DNA of 64,000 nt from an uncultured Clostridia bacterium (GCA_947174885.1 CAMWKO010000012.1:7640-71639); one strand, 5' to 3'; shown: positions 27,412-38,449, counted from the first letter of the stretch. A program made the numbers and translations. The notes: a model not told the origin generated them from the letters alone.

Positions 27412-30400
27412 TTACTCTTTCTTCTCTGCTTTTTCAAGTTCTGCCTCAATTAAATTAACGGAAACAAGAGTAGAAATACCTTTCTCCTGCATAGTAATAC
27501 CATATAATCTGTCGGCTGCATTCATAGTACCACGTCTGTGTGTAATAACAATAAACTGTGTATGGTCTGTTAGTTTATGCAGATAATTAGCATATCTTCC
27601 AACATTCGAGTCATCTAAGGCTGCCTCTATCTCATCAAGCAGACAGAATGGCGACGGCTTAAGGTTCTGAATGGCAAATAACAGTGCAATGGCTGTAAGA
27701 GCCTTTTCACCACCTGAAAGCTGCATCATATTCTGCAGTTTCTTACCCGGTGGCTGCGATATAATAGAAATACCGGCCTCTAAGATATCTTCATCCTCGT
27801 TTAGTTCTATTGTACCTTTACCGCCACCAAATAATTCCTTAAATACCTTGTCAAATTCAGTTCTAATCTGTTCAAATTTTTCCGTAAACTGTTTTTTCAT
27901 TCCCTCATCCAGTTCTTCAATAATCTTAATCAAAGACTGCTCAGCCGTAACCAGATCATCATGCTGTGCCTTTAGGAAGGTATATCTTTCAGATATCTCT
28001 TTATATTCCTCAATAGCATTGACATTGACATTTCCAAGTCCTTTAATTTCCTGTTTTAATGAAGAAATAGTCTTCTTCATTTCCACAAGATTTGTCATCT
28101 CCTCATTTCTCTGCTCTAATGCCACACTATAAGTCAGCTCGTACTCATCCCACATATAGTTAACTAATTTTTCATTAGACTCCTCAAGCTTCTCTTTTCT
28201 GGCATTTATTCTGAATAATTCTTTATCCAAATCTGTAATAATATTAGAAATCTCTTCTCTTTTAGCAAAGAAATCTTTATGCTCCCTGGACTGATTTTCC
28301 TTGTCGGCAACCAGCTTTTCAATTTCAGTATTAAGCTCTGAAATTTCCCTGTCAGCATTTTTAAGGGTAATCTGTATATTTGCAATATCATTATTCTTGT
28401 ATTCTATTTCCTCTTTGGAACGAACAGCAAAATTATCAAGAGTTTCAAGATCCTCCTTAAACTTTTCAATCTCATTATCAATTCTTTCAATATTTTCCTT
28501 TATGAAATCCCTCTTCTGAGTGAGATTAGATAAGTTCATACGAACTTCTTCATTACTCTTCTTTTCATTTTCCTCTAATTCTCTCTCCCTTGCCACCTCT
28601 TCATTTAAGGTGTCAATATGAGCTTTTAATACCTCATTCTTTTCCTCCCAGTGACTAAGCTCTGCATTAAGAGTTTCATAATTATTCTTAATATCCGTAA
28701 TCTGACCTGCTATTTCACTATTTTCCTTAGTTACATCCTCGTATGTATTATTAAGCTCACTAATCTTTTCATTAGCCTTATTAAGGTTCATCTTTACGGT
28801 ATTCTGGATTAAATATTGTTCATTTAATACCTGCTTAATCTTTTCTATTTCTTCCTTTAATTCAAGTGATTCCTTTTCATATTCCGACAGTTTAGCCGTA
28901 ACCTTTTCTCTTTCATTTGTTATTTCAGTAAGTTTGTTTGTAAGCTCATCTATTTCTCTTCTTCTGCCCAAAAGATTACTATTGTTCCTAAACGCACCAC
29001 CGGACATTGAACCACCCGGATTTAGTAATTCGCCCTCAAGTGTGACCATTCTAAGTGTATAGTTAAATTTCCTTGCCAAGATTAAAGCATTATCAATTGT
29101 GTCTACAACCACAACACGTCCAAGCAGATACTTTGCAATATTTTCATATTCTTTCTTTATATTAACTAAATCACATGCAAGACCTATAACTCCTTTTTCG
29201 CTCAGAACTCTGTCATTTGTAAATCCTGTTTTATTGGCAATACTGCTTAGAGGAAGAAAAGTAGCTCTTCCGAATTTGCCTTTTTTTAAGTACTCAATTG
29301 CTTCCTTTGCTATTGTTTCATTGTCGGTAACAACATTTTGTATATTTCCTCCCAAAGCTGTTTCGACCGCAATTTCATATTTTTTATCAACCTTAATAAT
29401 ATCAGCAACAACACCAACTATTCCTTTTTTGCTCTCCTTAAGCTCCATTATTTTTTTTATACTGTTTCCATAGCCCTCATATCTTTCAGTCATATTTTTA
29501 AGAGCTTCCAGTTGGGAATTGGTCTGATGATATTCTCTCTGCATATCATCCTTTTGTTTGTTTAATACTGTGCTGTCACTGTTGATTTCATCAAATCTTT
29601 TGTTTAATTTGGATAAATCATCATTATTAGAAATGATTTCATCATTTATCTTTTTTAACTCTTCATTTAATTCCTCTATAACCTTACCATGTTCATTTTT
29701 ATCATTCTGGAATTTCAAAAGCCTCTGATTTAATTCAGCCTTACGAATATTTATCTGTTCAAGCATTGCATCATATCTCTGGATTTTTGCATGAACATTT
29801 GCCTTATCATTAAGAAGATTGATAATATTTGCCTTGTCTTCTTCAATCTGATTTAAAAGACTGTTTATTCTGTCAGTAATTACAGAAACCTTATTATCTG
29901 CCTCTCTTTTAATGTTTGATGCATTTAGAAGCATTTCCTTGATTTCCTTTTCCTGATTTATAAACTCCTCCTTCTCTTTATATTTACTGTCTATACTTTT
30001 ATTTATCTCATTAATTCTTTCCTTATAATGCTCATCATTAACCTTTGCTGAATTAATCTGCTCATTTAATACCTTTATATCACCCTCCAGTTTTTCTCTC
30101 ATAACTACAGACTGACCAAGGATAGCCTTTCTTTCATCAATGGAATTATTTAATTCTTCAATATAAGCATCCAGTTGTTCATATGTCTGCTTAATTTCTT
30201 CCAATGAATTTTGATTAGCATTTAATTGTTCTTCTGCAATACCATACTTTTCTTCAACGTCTGACAGCTGTTCCTTTATATTTTTAATCTCTAGTAAAAA
30301 TACATTTATATCAAATATCTTAAGGTCATCCTTTAATTTCAAGTATTTTCTGGCAGTTTCAGACTGTCTTTCAAGAGGTCTTATCTGTCTTTCAAGCTCT

Positions 30401-30987
30401 GTTAATATATCTATTACTCTTGCAAGATTTGCCTTTTCATTTTCGAGCTTTTTAACAGCCTCCAGTTTACGTCTTTTGAACTTAACAATACCTGCAGCCT
30501 CATCAAAAAGCTCTCTTCTTTCCTCAGCTTTGCCACTAAGAATCTTTTCAATCTGACCCTGTCCAATAATAGAGTATCCCTCTTTGCCAATACCTGTATC
30601 ATAAAACAGTTCATTAATATCCTTTAGACGGCATATAGAGCCATTAATCATATATTCACTTTCACCTGAACGGTACAAACGTCTTGAAACTGTTACTTCA
30701 TCATAATCAATAGATAACTGATGATCACTGTTTTCAAGTGTAATGGCTACATAAGCAAAGCCTAATGGCTTTCTGTTTTCTGTACCCGCAAAGATAACAT
30801 CCTCCATTTTACCACCACGAAGCTGCTTTATTCTCTGCTCTCCCAGTACCCACCTTACAGCATCAGCAACATTACTTTTACCACTGCCGTTTGGTCCTAC
30901 AATAGCTGTAATACCATTATGAAATTCAAAATTTATCTTATTAGCAAAAGACTTAAATCCTTGTACCTCAATACTTTTTAAATACAT
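27412..30987 (-). CDS. smc: Chromosome partition protein Smc
   Basis: [23 protein letters not shown], long coiled coils, hinge, LSGGEK signature. Start set at the third Met of the ORF. Confidence 0.95.
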   Translation of the reverse strand: MYLKSIEVQGFKSFANKINFEFHNGITAIVGPNGSGKSNVADAVRWVLGEQRIKQLRGGKMEDVIFAGTENRKPLGFAYVAITLENSDHQLSIDYDEVTVSRRLYRSGESEYMINGSICRLKDINELFYDTGIGKEGYSIIGQGQIEKILSGKAEERRELFDEAAGIVKFKRRKLEAVKKLENEKANLARVIDILTELERQIRPLERQSETARKYLKLKDDLKIFDINVFLLEIKNIKEQLSDVEEKYGIAEEQLNANQNSLEEIKQTYEQLDAYIEELNNSIDERKAILGQSVVMREKLEGDIKVLNEQINSAKVNDEHYKERINEINKSIDSKYKEKEEFINQEKEIKEMLLNASNIKREADNKVSVITDRINSLLNQIEEDKANIINLLNDKANVHAKIQRYDAMLEQINIRKAELNQRLLKFQNDKNEHGKVIEELNEELKKINDEIISNNDDLSKLNKRFDEINSDSTVLNKQKDDMQREYHQTNSQLEALKNMTERYEGYGNSIKKIMELKESKKGIVGVVADIIKVDKKYEIAVETALGGNIQNVVTDNETIAKEAIEYLKKGKFGRATFLPLSSIANKTGFTNDRVLSEKGVIGLACDLVNIKKEYENIAKYLLGRVVVVDTIDNALILARKFNYTLRMVTLEGELLNPGGSMSGGAFRNNSNLLGRRREIDELTNKLTEITNEREKVTAKLSEYEKESLELKEEIEKIKQVLNEQYLIQNTVKMNLNKANEKISELNNTYEDVTKENSEIAGQITDIKNNYETLNAELSHWEEKNEVLKAHIDTLNEEVARERELEENEKKSNEEVRMNLSNLTQKRDFIKENIERIDNEIEKFKEDLETLDNFAVRSKEEIEYKNNDIANIQITLKNADREISELNTEIEKLVADKENQSREHKDFFAKREEISNIITDLDKELFRINARKEKLEESNEKLVNYMWDEYELTYSVALEQRNEEMTNLVEMKKTISSLKQEIKGLGNVNVNAIEEYKEISERYTFLKAQHDDLVTAEQSLIKIIEELDEGMKKQFTEKFEQIRTEFDKVFKELFGGGKGTIELNEDEDILEAGISIISQPPGKKLQNMMQLSGGEKALTAIALLFAIQNLKPSPFCLLDEIEAALDDSNVGRYANYLHKLTDHTQFIVITHRRGTMNAADRLYGITMQEKGISTLVSVNLIEAELEKAEKKE

Positions 30988-31004
30988 TTTCAAAACCTTT
31001 CTGT

Positions 31005-31697
31005 TTATTTGGCATTTCTTATCTTAAGAATTGCCTCGTAAGCAGCCTGTTGTTCTGCTTTTCGTTTTGTTCTTCCTATTCCTGTTCCCAAAACTTTTTC
31101 TTCCAATAAGACGGCTACTTTAAATTCTTTATTGTGATCAGGTCCGCTTTCTGAAAGAAGCTCATAGGATACCGTCTCTTTATAATCCTTTTGCATCATT
31201 TCCTGCAGAATTGTCTTGCTGTCATAAAACAAATGCTTATTTTCTATATCACTCAAAACAAATCTTGTAATAAACGATTTTGCCATATCAAGTCCACCAT
31301 CAAGATATATAGCTCCTATTACTGCCTCAAAAGCATCTGATACAATAGAATCACGATATCTGCCACCAGTATTTTCTTCGCCTTTACCAAGTATCAGATA
31401 ATCAGGTAAATCAATACCTCTGGCACACTCAGCCAGAGTAGGCTCACATACTATACTTGCTCTAAGTCTTGTAAGCTCACCCTCCGGTTTTTCAGAATAT
31501 TCCTTATACAAAAAATCACTTGTACACAATTCTAAAACTGCATCCCCTAAAAACTCCAAACGTTCATTATTTTTTAGCTTACCCATTTTTCTGTCATTTG
31601 AATATGAGCTATGGGTCACAGCTCTTTTTATCAAATCTTTTTCTGTAAAAGTGTAGCCAATTTTACTCTCAAGAACACTTATATCTAAACTATGCAA
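31005..31697 (-). CDS. rnc: Ribonuclease III
   Basis: NERLEFLGDAVL signature and C-terminal dsRBD. Confidence 0.95.
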   Translation of the reverse strand: MHSLDISVLESKIGYTFTEKDLIKRAVTHSSYSNDRKMGKLKNNERLEFLGDAVLELCTSDFLYKEYSEKPEGELTRLRASIVCEPTLAECARGIDLPDYLILGKGEENTGGRYRDSIVSDAFEAVIGAIYLDGGLDMAKSFITRFVLSDIENKHLFYDSKTILQEMMQKDYKETVSYELLSESGPDHNKEFKVAVLLEEKVLGTGIGRTKRKAEQQAAYEAILKIRNAK

Positions 31698-31700
31698 TAA

Positions 31701-32726
31701 CTACACCTCTTTAACATCGTGAACATCACTAATATGTTCCTTTATCTGCTCATTAATTCTCTGTTCCTTAAATTTAATAGCATTTAATATAGATTGTTTT
31801 ACTTCCATACTCTTAGAATTTCCATGAGTTTTAACTACAAGTCCCTTTAAACCTAAAAGTGGTGCTCCACCATATTCATCAGCATTAAAAGACTTTAATG
31901 TTTTTTTAAGTGCCGGTTTTACAAGTAATGCACCAATCTTACTTCTAAATGATGACACCATACCTGCTTTTATTTCTTTTAAAAGTGTGCCTGCAAGTCC
32001 TTCATAAAGCTTCAAAATAACATTACCTACAAAGGCATCGCATACTATTACGTCAGCATCACCATTTGGAATATCTCTGGCTTCAATATTTCCGATAAAA
32101 TTTATATCCGGAAGATTTTTAAGTAACTGGAAAGTTTCCTTTGTAAGTGCATTACCCTTTTCCTCTTCTGCACCAATATTTACTAATGCTATCTTTGGAT
32201 TTTTAACACCTACAATGTTTTCCATATATATAGAACCAACCTTTGCAAACTGTACTAAATATGATGGTTTGGCATCTACATTTGCACCACAGTCAATAAG
32301 CAGTGAAACTCCCTTTGCAGTCGGGATAAGCGGAGCCAGAGGCGGTCTTTCAATACCCTTTAATCTTCCAACAATAGTCTGACCACCTACCAATAAAGCA
32401 CCTGAACTTCCGGCAGATACAAAGGCATCGGCTTCCCCGTTTTTCACCTGCTTTAGGCCAACTACCATAGAAGAATCTTTTTTACTGCGAACAGCCTCTA
32501 CAGGATGCTCTCCTGTTTCAATTATCTGTGTGGTATGGACAATTTCAAGCATATCCTTTTTATATTCATATTTTGATAATTCATTTTTAATGGCTGTTTC
32601 ATCACCTACCAGCTTAATAAATAAATTATCTCTTTGATTTAGAGCTTCAACTGCACCCTTAACTAATTCCTCAGGTGCATTATCGCCACCCATTGCATCA
32701 ACTGACACTACAACTTTTTCTGACAT
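31701..32726 (-). CDS. plsX: Phosphate acyltransferase PlsX
   Basis: VSVDAMGGDNAP N-terminal motif. Start set at MSEKVVV. Confidence 0.9.
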   Translation of the reverse strand: MSEKVVVSVDAMGGDNAPEELVKGAVEALNQRDNLFIKLVGDETAIKNELSKYEYKKDMLEIVHTTQIIETGEHPVEAVRSKKDSSMVVGLKQVKNGEADAFVSAGSSGALLVGGQTIVGRLKGIERPPLAPLIPTAKGVSLLIDCGANVDAKPSYLVQFAKVGSIYMENIVGVKNPKIALVNIGAEEEKGNALTKETFQLLKNLPDINFIGNIEARDIPNGDADVIVCDAFVGNVILKLYEGLAGTLLKEIKAGMVSSFRSKIGALLVKPALKKTLKSFNADEYGGAPLLGLKGLVVKTHGNSKSMEVKQSILNAIKFKEQRINEQIKEHISDVHDVKEV

Positions 32727-32918
32727 AAAAACCTCCATACTAATAGACATTTACGAAACCTCATCTTAACACTCACTTTATATTAAAAATAAAACAAATA
32801 TCCGCATTATAACTCTATCTATGCTTAAAAATAATTTTTCGTAAATGCTATCCTGATTTTAACAACTCTTATAATATACTAGAAAATAAAGAATTTAGCA
32901 ACTGTTGAAGTTTCATTA

Positions 32919-33090
32919 GAGTTTCAGAGTTTTTATTTTTAGTTTCAAAAAGTCTTGTTGCCAAAGGCAACATGGACATCTTGCACAAAAAGTTACAGAT
33001 AAAAGTTCACTTTCATCTGCAACTTTTTGTGCAAGATGCTTACATTGTTATGATGATGTAAGCTTTTTGAAGCTAAAAATAGTAAATAGA
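32919..33090. repeat. Full-length copy (M2) of the nested-palindrome repeat family, inverted relative to M3
   Basis: Arm gagtttcagagtttttatttttagtttcaaaaag, then hairpin modules gttgccaaaggcaac, catcttgcacaaaaagtt...aactttttgtgcaagatg and cttacattgttatgatgatgtaag, then a degenerate right arm. Confidence 0.8.
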
Positions 33091-33095
33091 AGAAA

Positions 33096-33120
33096 AGGCC
33101 TGTTCCTTAGGAACAAGCCT
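33096..33120 (-). terminator. Intrinsic terminator after rpmF
   Basis: aggcctgttcc tta ggaacaagcct (G-U wobble on the minus strand) followed by tttcttct on the minus strand. Confidence 0.65.
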
Positions 33121-33128
33121 CATACTCA

Positions 33129-33308
33129 TTAGTCCTGAGCAATAATTTCTTTTTTGTTGTAACTTCCGCAAGCCTTGCATACTCTGTGAGGCATCATTAA
33201 TGCACCACATTTGCTGCACTTTACAAGATTTGTAGCTTCCATCTTCCAATTAGCTCTTCTCTTATCTCTTCTTGCTTTAGATGTTTTATTCTTTGGACAA
33301 ATAGACAT
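33129..33308 (-). CDS. rpmF: 50S ribosomal protein L32
   Basis: Own translation MSICPKNKTSKARRDKRRANWKMEATNLVKCSKCGALMMPHRVCKACGSYNKKEIIAQD (59 aa, below the ORF-track cutoff). Confidence 0.9.
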   Translation of the reverse strand: MSICPKNKTSKARRDKRRANWKMEATNLVKCSKCGALMMPHRVCKACGSYNKKEIIAQD

Positions 33309-33311
33309 GGT

Positions 33312-33833
33312 TTACACCTCCTTAAAGCTATTAAAGACCTCTAAAACTTTAGCCATTCTAGGATCTAATTCTGTGGTATCACAACCACAACTACCATGGT
33401 TGAGATTTGTGCCACATCTATTACAAATTCCTTTACAATTTTCACTGCAAAGAACCTTCATAGGTAAATTCACTAAAATCTCACCGTAAACAAATTTCTC
33501 TGAATCAAATACTGTACCATCCATAAAAATAGTTTCATTTACATCATCTGTTTCAGAATCTTCGTTTAAGTCTATTTCCTTTGAAGTTTTCAAACTGATA
33601 TTGGTTTTTACATCTTCAAGACATCTGTCGCATGGCATATTCAGTATAACATCTACATCTGCTTCTATAATCACATGTTTATTCCCGGTATGTGTGAATT
33701 TAAATGAAAGTGGTTGTTTTTCAATAAAATCAAATTTGTTTATACCGGTATCCAAACTGTTCATATCCAGCTCTGCCTGAAGAACCATTTCTTTACCTTC
33801 ATAGGACAAAAGCGACCATAAATCAATTAACAT
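33312..33833 (-). CDS. YceD/DUF177 family protein
   Basis: C-terminal CSENCKGICNRCGTNLNHGSCGC cysteine cluster. Located immediately upstream of rpmF. Start set at MLIDLWS. Confidence 0.85.
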   Translation of the reverse strand: MLIDLWSLLSYEGKEMVLQAELDMNSLDTGINKFDFIEKQPLSFKFTHTGNKHVIIEADVDVILNMPCDRCLEDVKTNISLKTSKEIDLNEDSETDDVNETIFMDGTVFDSEKFVYGEILVNLPMKVLCSENCKGICNRCGTNLNHGSCGCDTTELDPRMAKVLEVFNSFKEV

Positions 33834-33903
33834 AGTAACCTCTTTTCTAATCGCACCTTGACAATTATACATATACAATAAAATTTTGTCAACAATAAAA
33901 TGA

Positions 33904-35097
33904 CTATTTTACCAATGCTAAAGTTTCCTGCGCAATTTTAAGCTCCTCGTTGGTTGGAATAACCATTATCTTAACCTTTGATGCAGCTGTTGAAATAACT
34001 AAATCCTCACCACGTTTTGCATTCTCCCCATCATCAAGCTCTACACCTAAATATCCTAAATATTCACAAATATTTTTTCTGATAGCACCATTATTTTCAC
34101 CAACACCTGCCGTAAATACTATTGCATCTACACCATTCATGGCGGTTGTATAAGCTCCAATATATTTTGCAATCCTGTAAGCGTATGCTTCTATTGCAAT
34201 CTCTGCTCTGTGATTTCCGTCTTCAGCAGCTTTTGTCAAATCTCTAAAGTCACTTGACACTCCGCTAATACCAAGTACACCTGATTTTTTATTTAATATG
34301 TTAAGTACGTCATCAAGTGTTTTATCCTCCTTATGTGCAATAAACTGAACTACTGCCGGGTCAATATCACCGCTTCTTGTTCCCATAATAAGTCCTTCAA
34401 GCGGAGTAAGTCCCATGGAAGTATCTATACACTTACCGTTTTGTACTGCTGAAACAGAACCGCCATTACCGATATGGCATACAATAATCTTTGAATTATC
34501 TTTATCTAATTCACCAAGTTCAATTGCCTTTGAAGATACAAACGCATGGCTTGTTCCATGAAAGCCATATCTTCTTACACCATATTTCTCATAATATTCA
34601 TATGGAACAGCATACATATAAGCCTTTTCCGGCATTGTCTGATGGAATGCCGTATCAAATACTGCCACATTAGGAGTACCGGGCATAGCATGCTCACAGG
34701 CTTCAATACCTATAAGATTTGCAGGATTGTGAAGTGGTGCAAAATCAAAACATTCTTTAACAACCTTCTTTACATCCTCATCAACAATTACGGAATCGCT
34801 GTATTTTTGTCCTGCATGTACCACTCTGTGTCCTACTGCTGTAATTTCAGATACATCAGTAATAACACCATATTTATCATCAACAAGCATATCCAGTACT
34901 AATGCAACTGCGTCCTTATGGTTTTCCATAGGTTTTTCCATCTCTACAGTATCCATCCCTGTTTTAGTATGCTTTAACAGCGAACCCTCTATACCAATTC
35001 TTTCGCATAGACCTTTTGCCATTACACTATGGTCATCCATATTAAATAATTGATATTTCAGTGAAGAGCTTCCACAATTAATAACTAATATTTTCAT
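33904..35097 (-). CDS. ackA: Acetate kinase
   Basis: MKILVINCGSSSLKYQLF, GHRVVHGG-like and FHGTSH motifs. Confidence 0.95.
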   Translation of the reverse strand: MKILVINCGSSSLKYQLFNMDDHSVMAKGLCERIGIEGSLLKHTKTGMDTVEMEKPMENHKDAVALVLDMLVDDKYGVITDVSEITAVGHRVVHAGQKYSDSVIVDEDVKKVVKECFDFAPLHNPANLIGIEACEHAMPGTPNVAVFDTAFHQTMPEKAYMYAVPYEYYEKYGVRRYGFHGTSHAFVSSKAIELGELDKDNSKIIVCHIGNGGSVSAVQNGKCIDTSMGLTPLEGLIMGTRSGDIDPAVVQFIAHKEDKTLDDVLNILNKKSGVLGISGVSSDFRDLTKAAEDGNHRAEIAIEAYAYRIAKYIGAYTTAMNGVDAIVFTAGVGENNGAIRKNICEYLGYLGVELDDGENAKRGEDLVISTAASKVKIMVIPTNEELKIAQETLALVK

Positions 35098-35214
35098 CTC
35101 AAATCCTTTTTAATCCTTTCGATATTAAATTAACTTAAAATATGTTTATACAGTCAAAACATTCTGCCGTCATAATAATTGGTATATACATTTCTTATTG
35201 CACCATAAGGCTGA

Positions 35215-36210
35215 CTAATTATACTGGCACTGTACTGCAGTAATAGCAATAACTCCCTCAATATCCTTTGAAGAACAGCCTCTTGATAAATCATTGACCG
35301 GCTTTGCAATACCCTGTGTCATCGGACCATATGCATCTGCCTTTGCCAGTCTTTGAACAAGCTTATATCCTATATTTCCTGCATCAAGGTCAGGGAAAAT
35401 AAGTACATTTGCTTTACCTGCGACCTCACTGTTTGGAGCCTTAGAAGCAGCAACTGAAGGTACTATAGCGGCATCTGACTGTAATTCACCATCAAGTGCA
35501 AGTTCAGGAGCTAATTCCTTAGCAATTCTTGTTGCCTCTACTACCTTATCCACATCCGCATGCTTTGCACTGCCCATTGATGAATGAGACAGCATTGCAA
35601 CCTTTGGCTCTTTTTGAACCAGAAACTTAAATGTTTGTGCCGAAGATATTGCTATGGCAGCAAGTTCTTCCGGATTCGGATTCTGATTTAATCCGCAATC
35701 ACCAAATATAAATGTTCCGTCTGCACCATATTCACAATCAGGCACAACCATAAGAAAGAAAGCTGAAACAAGCTTTGTACCCGGTTTTGTTTTAATAATC
35801 TGCAATGCCGGCTTTAATGTATTTGCTGTTGAATGGCAGGCACCTGAAACGACTCCATCTGCATCTCCTGCCTTAACCATTATACAGGCATAAAACATAT
35901 ATTCATTTAGTATAAGCTTTGTTGCTTCCTCTTTTGTCATACCTTTATTTTTTCTAAGTTCAACTAAAAGATCAATATATTCTTCTGTTTTTTCGTATGT
36001 ATTAGGGTCAATAATCGTAGCCTTAGAAATATCTAATCCCTCACTGTTTGCCTTTACTTCTTCCGGTGTACCAATAATAATTAAATCAGCTATGCCTTCC
36101 TTTAATACGTTTGCAGCAGCTTCAAATGTTCTTCTGTCCATTGATTCAGGGAGAACTATTTTCTTTTTATTCTGCTTTGCTCTTTCTTTGATTTCATCAA
36201 TAAATCCCAT
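35215..36210 (-). CDS. pta: Phosphate acetyltransferase
   Basis: 331 aa. Typical short Pta with ...DLSRGCS... near the C-terminus. Adjacent to ackA. Confidence 0.9.
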   Translation of the reverse strand: MGFIDEIKERAKQNKKKIVLPESMDRRTFEAAANVLKEGIADLIIIGTPEEVKANSEGLDISKATIIDPNTYEKTEEYIDLLVELRKNKGMTKEEATKLILNEYMFYACIMVKAGDADGVVSGACHSTANTLKPALQIIKTKPGTKLVSAFFLMVVPDCEYGADGTFIFGDCGLNQNPNPEELAAIAISSAQTFKFLVQKEPKVAMLSHSSMGSAKHADVDKVVEATRIAKELAPELALDGELQSDAAIVPSVAASKAPNSEVAGKANVLIFPDLDAGNIGYKLVQRLAKADAYGPMTQGIAKPVNDLSRGCSSKDIEGVIAITAVQCQYN

Positions 36211-36479
36211 TTCTTCAAAGCGCTCCTTTCATTTTATTCTTTAAAGTGTCTTACAAGTAAATGCGAAGCATTTCTGCCTCGCAAATATTTTATAATAGCT
36301 ATAAATACTTTGAAAAATATTAAAAAAATGTTTTTATATATAATATATAAATACCTTTACCTAGTATATATTACATATTTTAAATTATAAATCAAATAAT
36401 TTTCATATACAAGTATTTATCTTTAGTTATAATGTATTTTTTGTGATACAAACCATATCATTCTTTATTTCCTGTTTAT

Positions 36480-36559
36480 AAGGTTTAAATAAACTTTTAA
36501 CCTTGAGTTCCTACTCTAACTGAAAGTACAAAGCATTTGTGATTGAAACACTATGAAGC
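36480..36559 (+). repeat. R-element copy R4 (degenerate, plus-strand, not attached to a start codon)
   Basis: aaggtttaaataaacttttaaccttgagttcctactctaactgaaagtacaaagcatttgtgattgaaacactatgaagc aligns with minus-strand R2. Confidence 0.55.
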
Positions 36560-36642
36560 AAATATGGAAACTCTGTTACGAAATCTTATTTGACTTGTAT
36601 ACACTATTTTTTTATAATATATATTATCAATCTATCAATACT

Positions 36643-36847
36643 ACCTGAGTTTAGAGTTTTCGTATTTTTTATTTTTAGCTTCAAAAAGCTTACATCATCA
36701 TAATGATGTAGGCATCTTGTACAAAAAATTGCAGATGAGAGTTCGCTTTCATCTACAACTTTTTGTACAAGATGTCTATGTTGCCTTTGGCAACAAGACT
36801 TTTTGAAACTTAAAATAAAAAATACGGAAACTCAAGTACCTGAGTAG
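36643..36847. repeat. Full-length archetype (M3) of the nested-palindrome MITE-like repeat family
   Basis: Terminal inverted arms gagttttcgtattttttatttttagcttcaaaaag / ctttttgaaacttaaaataaaaaatacggaaactc enclose three internal hairpin modules. Flanking tacctgag...tacctgag direct repeat. Confidence 0.85.
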
Positions 36848-36870
36848 ACATAATTATAAACCTTATGAAT

Positions 36871-36897
36871 TTAAAAATAAAAATTCAGAAACTCAAG
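36871..36897. repeat. Solo arm fragment of the same family
   Basis: ttaaaaataaaaattcagaaactcaag. Confidence 0.5.
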
Positions 36898-36963
36898 CCA
36901 TCTAAGTCTTGTGTTACATGCTCAAATGATATATAAGTTAAATAAAAAGGATTTTATAAAGCC

Positions 36964-38247
36964 ATGAAAACCGTTGGTATTATTACAGAGTTTAACCCGT
37001 TTCACAAGGGGCATCGATATATTATTTCAAAAGCAAAAGAGGTCACTGGTGCTGATTTTTGTATAATCATTACCAGTGGCAGCTTTGTTCAGCGTGGAGA
37101 GCCGTCATTTATCGATAAATACACCAAAACTACCATAGCACTCAGAAATGGTGCTGACCTTGTAATAGAGCTTCCTATTCCTTTTTCCTGCGCCAGTGCG
37201 GAATATTTTGCTACCTGTGCAGTTACATTACTTAATAATCTTAACATTGTTGACTTTCTTGCATTCGGAGTTGAAGCAAACAATCTTGATGTCTTAAATA
37301 AAGTAGCTGATATTTTGATTGAAGAGCCTGATGAATATAAGAAATTACTTAAACTTAATCTGTCTTGCGGTTATAATTTTGTTTCATCCAGAAGCAAATC
37401 ACTATCTGCTCTTTTACCAGATATCGACTTATCATTTATTAATGGACCCAATAATATTCTTGGATTAGAATATATAAAAGCACTAAAAAAACTAAACAGT
37501 CCTATCACTCCTGTTTGTATTTCAAGAATAAACGCAGGATATCATGACGTATTTGATGATACTCCATCTGCCAATGATGATTTTACAAGCGATACCTATA
37601 TAAGTGATACCTCCTGTAATAACATAAATAATCGTTTATATTCAGCTTCAAATCTCCGCAATTTAGAAGATAAACAACTTGTTTCGCTACTGGCTGATAT
37701 TGATACGGCTTACGAATACAACTATGCCAAAACGTATCCTGTACGCCTAAACAACAGTTTTTCTGCTGTTGCCGGTACTCTCATACTCTCTGCCATTAAT
37801 AACAGTAATAATATATATTTTGATGTACCTGACTATTTATTTGATAAGATTAAAAACAATTTCAGCAGATACACATGCTATTCAGATTTTATTTTAAGTT
37901 TGAAAAGTAAGGATATTTCCTATACCTCAATAAGCCGTGCATTACTTCATATTGTTTTGAATATCACGACAGAGCTTGTAAATAATATGATAGCTGATAA
38001 TTACGGAAATTATATCCGTATTCTGGGTTTTAAAAAAGACAGTACAATTTTGTTTAAAAATATTAAAAATAATTCTGATATAAAGCTTATAACTAACGTT
38101 AAGAATTATAGTAATGATTTAAACGGTAATGCTCTAAAATACTTTGAACATTCCCTAAAAGCTGAGGATATATACAGATTATGCCAGACAATGGATTTAA
38201 AATCTGTGATAAAAAATGAATATGAGCAGAAATTCTTAACACTATAA
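36964..38247 (+). CDS. tmcAL: tRNA(Met) cytidine acetate ligase (YlbM/UPF0348 nucleotidyltransferase)
   Basis: GIITEFNPFHKGHRYII N-terminus. Contains an N/S/D-rich low-complexity insert in the middle. Confidence 0.8.
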   Translation: MKTVGIITEFNPFHKGHRYIISKAKEVTGADFCIIITSGSFVQRGEPSFIDKYTKTTIALRNGADLVIELPIPFSCASAEYFATCAVTLLNNLNIVDFLAFGVEANNLDVLNKVADILIEEPDEYKKLLKLNLSCGYNFVSSRSKSLSALLPDIDLSFINGPNNILGLEYIKALKKLNSPITPVCISRINAGYHDVFDDTPSANDDFTSDTYISDTSCNNINNRLYSASNLRNLEDKQLVSLLADIDTAYEYNYAKTYPVRLNNSFSAVAGTLILSAINNSNNIYFDVPDYLFDKIKNNFSRYTCYSDFILSLKSKDISYTSISRALLHIVLNITTELVNNMIADNYGNYIRILGFKKDSTILFKNIKNNSDIKLITNVKNYSNDLNGNALKYFEHSLKAEDIYRLCQTMDLKSVIKNEYEQKFLTL

Positions 38248-38353
38248 TTAAATGTCAGTCTTAAGAATTTTAACTACTTTCTCATTTCATATTTAATTAT
38301 GCACAATGCAACCACTAATTATATTATTGTAACTTTTTCTTTATAATTTATTG

Positions 38354-38401
38354 AAATATGGTGTTAAAGTTGAAAAAACTCTCATCCTTAACACCATATT
38401 T
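38354..38401. terminator. Hairpin between convergent genes (bidirectional terminator)
   Basis: aaatatggtgttaa ... ttaacaccatattt, 14-bp stem. Confidence 0.55.
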
Positions 38402-38449
38402 TTATAAACAATTAATTATGTTTAATTATAATTATTTTAAAAATTTTCT

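Noticed and set aside
36553-36648. 31-aa ORF starting inside the R4 repeat copy
   Set aside because: It has no SD, runs into the neighbouring palindromic element, and has Tyr/Phe/Ile-rich composition typical of random AT-rich sequence.
32919-36847. Repeated palindromic units as a possible CRISPR array
   Set aside because: The copies are kilobases apart and of different lengths and orientations. They have no regularly spaced unique spacers, and no cas genes are nearby.
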